This document shows, piece after piece, positions 60,047-64,000 of a DNA stretch of 64,000 bases. Each line of letters begins with the position of its first letter. Position 1 is the first letter of the stretch. The translations under genes were made by a program, and so were the position numbers. The notes below the pieces were generated by a model. That model saw nothing but the letters and a program-made list of their open reading frames with translations, did not search any database and had not been told where the DNA came from. Origin of the DNA: Bugula neritina (taxonomy: Eukaryota > Animalia > Bryozoa); contig OZ037770.1 in assembly GCA_964035545.1 (NCBI GenBank), positions 15,304,642-15,368,641 on the forward strand, given 5' to 3'.

Positions 60047-61909
60047 GAATTTATATTAATTTGAATAGAAGAAATCACTTAGTTGACCATAATTTTTTTC
60101 GTATATAGCAAGGTATTGTAATTAACTATACCCATCGGGTCATTGCGGCCGAGTGACTATGACTGTTGATGTATTATATTACTACGCGCGTCTCTCAGTA
60201 GTTAACATTAGTTAAGCGCCCAAGCAAAATTTTACATTTGTGCCTACATTGTATGTTTGCGTGTTTGTGTATAATGTACACATATTATATAATCTGTAAT
60301 ATATATTGTATTGTATAAAACATTATATCATAGTTTCAGGGTTGACAAAACAACACCCAATGAACTATGAACCTGTTAACTACAAAAACACACCTAAAAT
60401 GAAGGCAAAGCATGACAGACTGAAAGGTATTCTAGGCGCCAGTTTGTATTACTTGTTGCCAGTTAAATCTTTGCTGTAAATAATTTATATGAAGGGTGTC
60501 ATGAGCTTTGCTTGCTTAAAAATGTTTTAGTATATATATATATATTATAGCTTCACATATATATTGTTAGTTTCACTTATTATATAAAGGCTATCAAGTT
60601 AGTGTATTTGCTCCATTATATTTTTATACTTCTCTAAATTGAAAAATTAAATAAACATGTTTAAAGAATTGTAGTTACATTCTGCCTCTATATTCTTATT
60701 ATAGTTGTTATAGCAATAAACAAGTTTCTACTTGGAAAATTTCATAAATTTATTCTTTCAAATTATTGACCAAGTCTGCATTTAAATGAGGGAATAAATT
60801 TTGAGAAATAATCCATGAAAATTATTTTGACTTTTGGTTTTCAAAAAGATGAATATTTCAATGTTTCAGGGAAGGGTAAAACATCTAGTGTAGAAGTATC
60901 TGCAGAACAAGTTCAGAGAAGTTTTGCTACTTCATCAATGTCTTTAGAACATCCTCCTGGATTTTCCTTTGAGGGAAACCCACACGTAGCTTTCAAGCAA
61001 AAAAATGGTAAACAAACTTTTCAGTTTTGCACGCAAAGCTTATACATGAGCCCTAAATTAATCATTTTACATTTTGGCAGCAATCCAGCAAAACGTTGTT
61101 TAAGTAGGTTATTCAAACAGCACATTCCTTTCTAAAAGCAACTGGTTTTTTCTAGATTTGTTACAACCAGCATTATAGAGCTAAGAATTTTTGTGGTGAA
61201 AGTCTTGTAACCTGCTTTTTCATGCATTAGGCTATAACAAATTTATTCTCCGCAACTTGCATGCCAAAATTATTGAACTATGTTGTATTATATAAAATAC
61301 AGTGGCACTTTTTATTCGTTAATGTTTTGGTGCACTTTTGTGTATATAAATTTTTATCTATACAGTACTTTTGGTTATGAAGCTTTGCCTTATTATATAA
61401 AACCACAAAACATTAACTTTTATGGCTTTATAGATGGAATAGCTGTAACACCTTATAACCCAGGAGTATCAGCTGGTGAAGAGCGGGAAGAAAGCACAAC
61501 TATGTCAACGTCACAGAATACAACCAACATTTCCCTCAAAGTTGATCTTCATACAGATCCCATGGCTAGTAGAATCATCAATGACAGAGTATACTGTAAG
61601 TGCTGAAAGGTGTGATAACATACTTACTTCGTATAAGAATGTAAGTATTGTAAGTATGATGGAAGTTGATTTAATACATTCATTAAACAAGCCTCTGTAT
61701 ATATATAACTTACATGCTTAGTAGAAATTAGCCTATGAACTGAGTACTGTTTTAGTACAACAAAAATATTTAACTATTTGCTAGACATCCCACCCCAACT
61801 AACCAGTAGTCGTGCAGTGGGAGAACAGGCTCAAGAATTATATTATAAGGATGAAATACAGACTACAGATGAAGCTTCACTGAAGCAGGATATCGTAATT
61901 GAAGTTTAG
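58249..61909 (+). CDS. Single-pass membrane protein paralog B with long disordered Tyr-containing cytoplasmic tail; exons 58249-58379, 58673-58810, 58972-59069, 59646-59756, 60340-60426, 60870-61007, 61434-61595, 61785-61909; start exon uncertain
   Basis: All junctions are phase-consistent with no stops. TM segment LIVAFVLNSIFITLCIAFFIYAI is followed by basic RLQR...KKKRK. Shares SPTPDLKA|xVYPG and RSSL..SL(T/S)G with paralog A. Ends ...DIVIEV*. Confidence 0.8.
58541..58611 (-). mobile_element. tRNA-like head (SINE or tRNA pseudogene) in an intron of paralog B
   Basis: Reverse complement GCTTCTGTAGTGAAATGGTAGC...CTTGCAA...GGGTTCAAATCC...GGGAGCA has A and B boxes but poor D and anticodon stems. 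Confidence 0.55.
59791..60043. repeat. Two (TA)n arrays bracketing a ~130-bp unique insert
   Basis: Direct inspection. Confidence 0.9.
59877..59916 (+). ncRNA. Minimal type-I hammerhead ribozyme motif (Penelope-like element/retrozyme type)
   Basis: TACT-CTGAAGAT-GGGTAC-AGTG-GTACCC-GAAA-TA-TC-AGTG: CUGAnGA and GAAA boxes, 6-bp stem II, palindromic ATAT stem III, AUC cleavage triplet, short stem I (TACT/AGTG). Confidence 0.7.
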
Positions 61910-63209
61910 ATCTGATTATCAATAATAAATTATAATTCAATTTAAATTAAGTTTTTTAATTTAATAATTTTACAAAGTTTATTGGCAGCTAAATAATTTT
62001 ATTTAGATAGACACACTTTTTCGCTGCCGTTGAGGAGTGAAAGTAATTTGCCATAATTTAAACAAGGCATCATTTCAAGACCCTTTGTCAGATAACCTTT
62101 TATAGGCAGCATAAATGTAAAATAATTAATGTATTAAATTTAATTTTACTTAAATGTGCATGTTATGTAATAAGTAAAGTATATTTAATTACATAATAAT
62201 TATAGATTTTATAATTATATAAGTAGATTTTACATATTTTAGTTTACAAGTTAACGTTTCATTTTATGATGTTTTGTTTGTTTCTTGACTAAATTCTCAA
62301 AATTCATTTTATATACTTCAATGTTGATGCATCATATTTACCATTGCACTTATATCCTGAACTGCATTATTTTATTCCATCAACATAACTATATAATATA
62401 CCTGGTGAGAAGACAACTTCCTATAAGCAGCATATTGCATAAAACTTTTTGATTGACAAGATTTATTATAGGACTTGCTATATATTGCTATATTTTTTAA
62501 TGTTCAAATTGACTTCTGCTATGTGATTCAAAATAATAAGTTTATTCATAGTGCTAATGTTTTAGTTTACAGATGTTTAATAATTTTAAACCTAACTTTT
62601 TATTCTTTTTGTTTACCATGCTCATTATTCTTTGCTAATTGATAAAATGCATTTCTTTATTTTATTATAATATATGCAAAAGAATTTGTGGAAGAAATAT
62701 TAAATAAAAGAGAAGATATTTAAAAAGTGACAATTATTTGTTGTTGAACTCATAATAATTCTTGTATAAGACACGTGTTTATCACAACTTATCTTTATCA
62801 GTTCAGGTATAAATAAATACAACGTCTCAAGTGATGCAGCACTTCATCATTTTCTTTCTGAAAAGAATAACTTAATTTCTTGGCTGTGAAACAAATCATT
62901 TTAGAAAATTTCAATCCTCAATTTTAAAAGCAAAGTTCATTTCACAGTCAATTAAAATTAGATGCAATCCGGGATGAGGAAATGCAAATATGAAGCATAT
63001 ATAATTTCAGAGCCAATGGTTCACATTCGTGCCATGCGTATAAATCAGTTTATTATTCATTATATCCTTGTACAGGGTCAATCTGTAATTGCGACAATCT
63101 GTGGCTATATATATAAAAGTAGCACATTCTATTCAACCATTCATATAATATTGCTTATAATAATAACTATAGCAATCAAAGATAATTTTATTATCATACC
63201 AGGAACACT

Positions 63210-63769
63210 ATGAAGTTTATAATCTTTTCTGTACTTCTTTTTGCTTTAATATGTTTACAAAGTGCTTCAGCATCATGTGAGTATAATATATTTTGTCAAA
63301 GTTTAAACATTATTATTTAACAATTTCTATTTCAATAAATTGCATTGTATTTATTTTCAGAAAACGGATTTTTTTTTTTAACGTATCTTTAGATTTTCAT
63401 GGTTTCATAATAAGTTTACAAAGCAATTTAAAACAAACACACCACTTGGCTTATCAAACTCTGTGAAAGTACAGGCTGAGAAAATCTTAAAAGATTTACT
63501 GCAGAAGATTTTAATTTCAGCTATGCATGTGTTATAACTTATACCTGCCGTCCAACTTCATGATATATAGAAGTATATTATCTGTTCCATTTAAAAAAGC
63601 GTTCTTTAAATTATTATAGCTGTGGCTCCAAACTATTTAATATCGTAATGTTTTAGGGCGGCGCATGGGCACTTCTCACTGCAAAGTTGACAGAGACTGT
63701 TTCCGAAAGGTATGCTGTGCCGGACAGTGTGTCAACGAAGGTGACTGTCCAGACAACTACATACCTTGA
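63210..63769 (+). CDS. Small secreted cysteine-rich peptide with knottin (C-C-CC-C-C) framework, 59 aa; exons 63210-63276, 63657-63769
   Basis: MKFIIFSVLLFALICLQSASAS|WRRMGTSHCKVDRDCFRKVCCAGQCVNEGDCPDNYIP*. Phase-1 intron after the signal peptide. AATAAA lies ~95 nt downstream. Confidence 0.85.
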
Positions 63770-64000
63770 AAGAACTCCTTTCATGTGCTTTTATCATAGT
63801 TATAATTGATATATATACAATTTGTAGATTCAGTTTTATATATATTTGATATGTCTTGTCTATAATAAACATTTTTGAAAAGGTATATTATCAAAAACTG
63901 CATCTTCTTTATATAAAAGTTAGCTTATGCTGAATTATGGTGACACTCCAATATATTCTTGTAAATCAGCAAATATATGACTTCAAGCAGCATAAAAGAC

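Overview
AT-rich, intron-containing animal DNA, probably from an invertebrate; the taxon cannot be determined from sequence. Most ORF-track entries are spurious, so genes were rebuilt by hand from GT-AG exons with phase checking. In order: (1) a defective THAP9/P-element-type DNA transposon (538-3941) flanked by an 8-bp target-site duplication, immediately upstream of the likely start codon of (2) a cytidine deaminase gene; (3) a minus-strand secreted Thr-rich mucin with a C-terminal chitin-binding-like module; (4) a 13-exon secreted CAP/CRISP-family protein with EGF, two ShKT and a C-terminal FN1-like/VWC-like tail; (5) a minus-strand SLC1A excitatory amino-acid transporter; (6) a secreted stand-alone PAN/apple + divergent GON-domain protein; (7) an orphan low-complexity gene; (8) two tandem paralogous single-pass membrane proteins with Tyr-motif-rich disordered tails, one frameshifted at its TM exon; (9) a two-exon secreted knottin-framework (C-C-CC-C-C) peptide. 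SINEs, MITEs, mini/microsatellites, long palindromes and a minimal hammerhead-ribozyme motif between (TA)n arrays are scattered through the window. The strongest novelty candidates are the adaptor/receptor-like paralog pair, the knottin peptide, the CAP multidomain architecture, the hammerhead unit and the P-element insertion at the CDA start.
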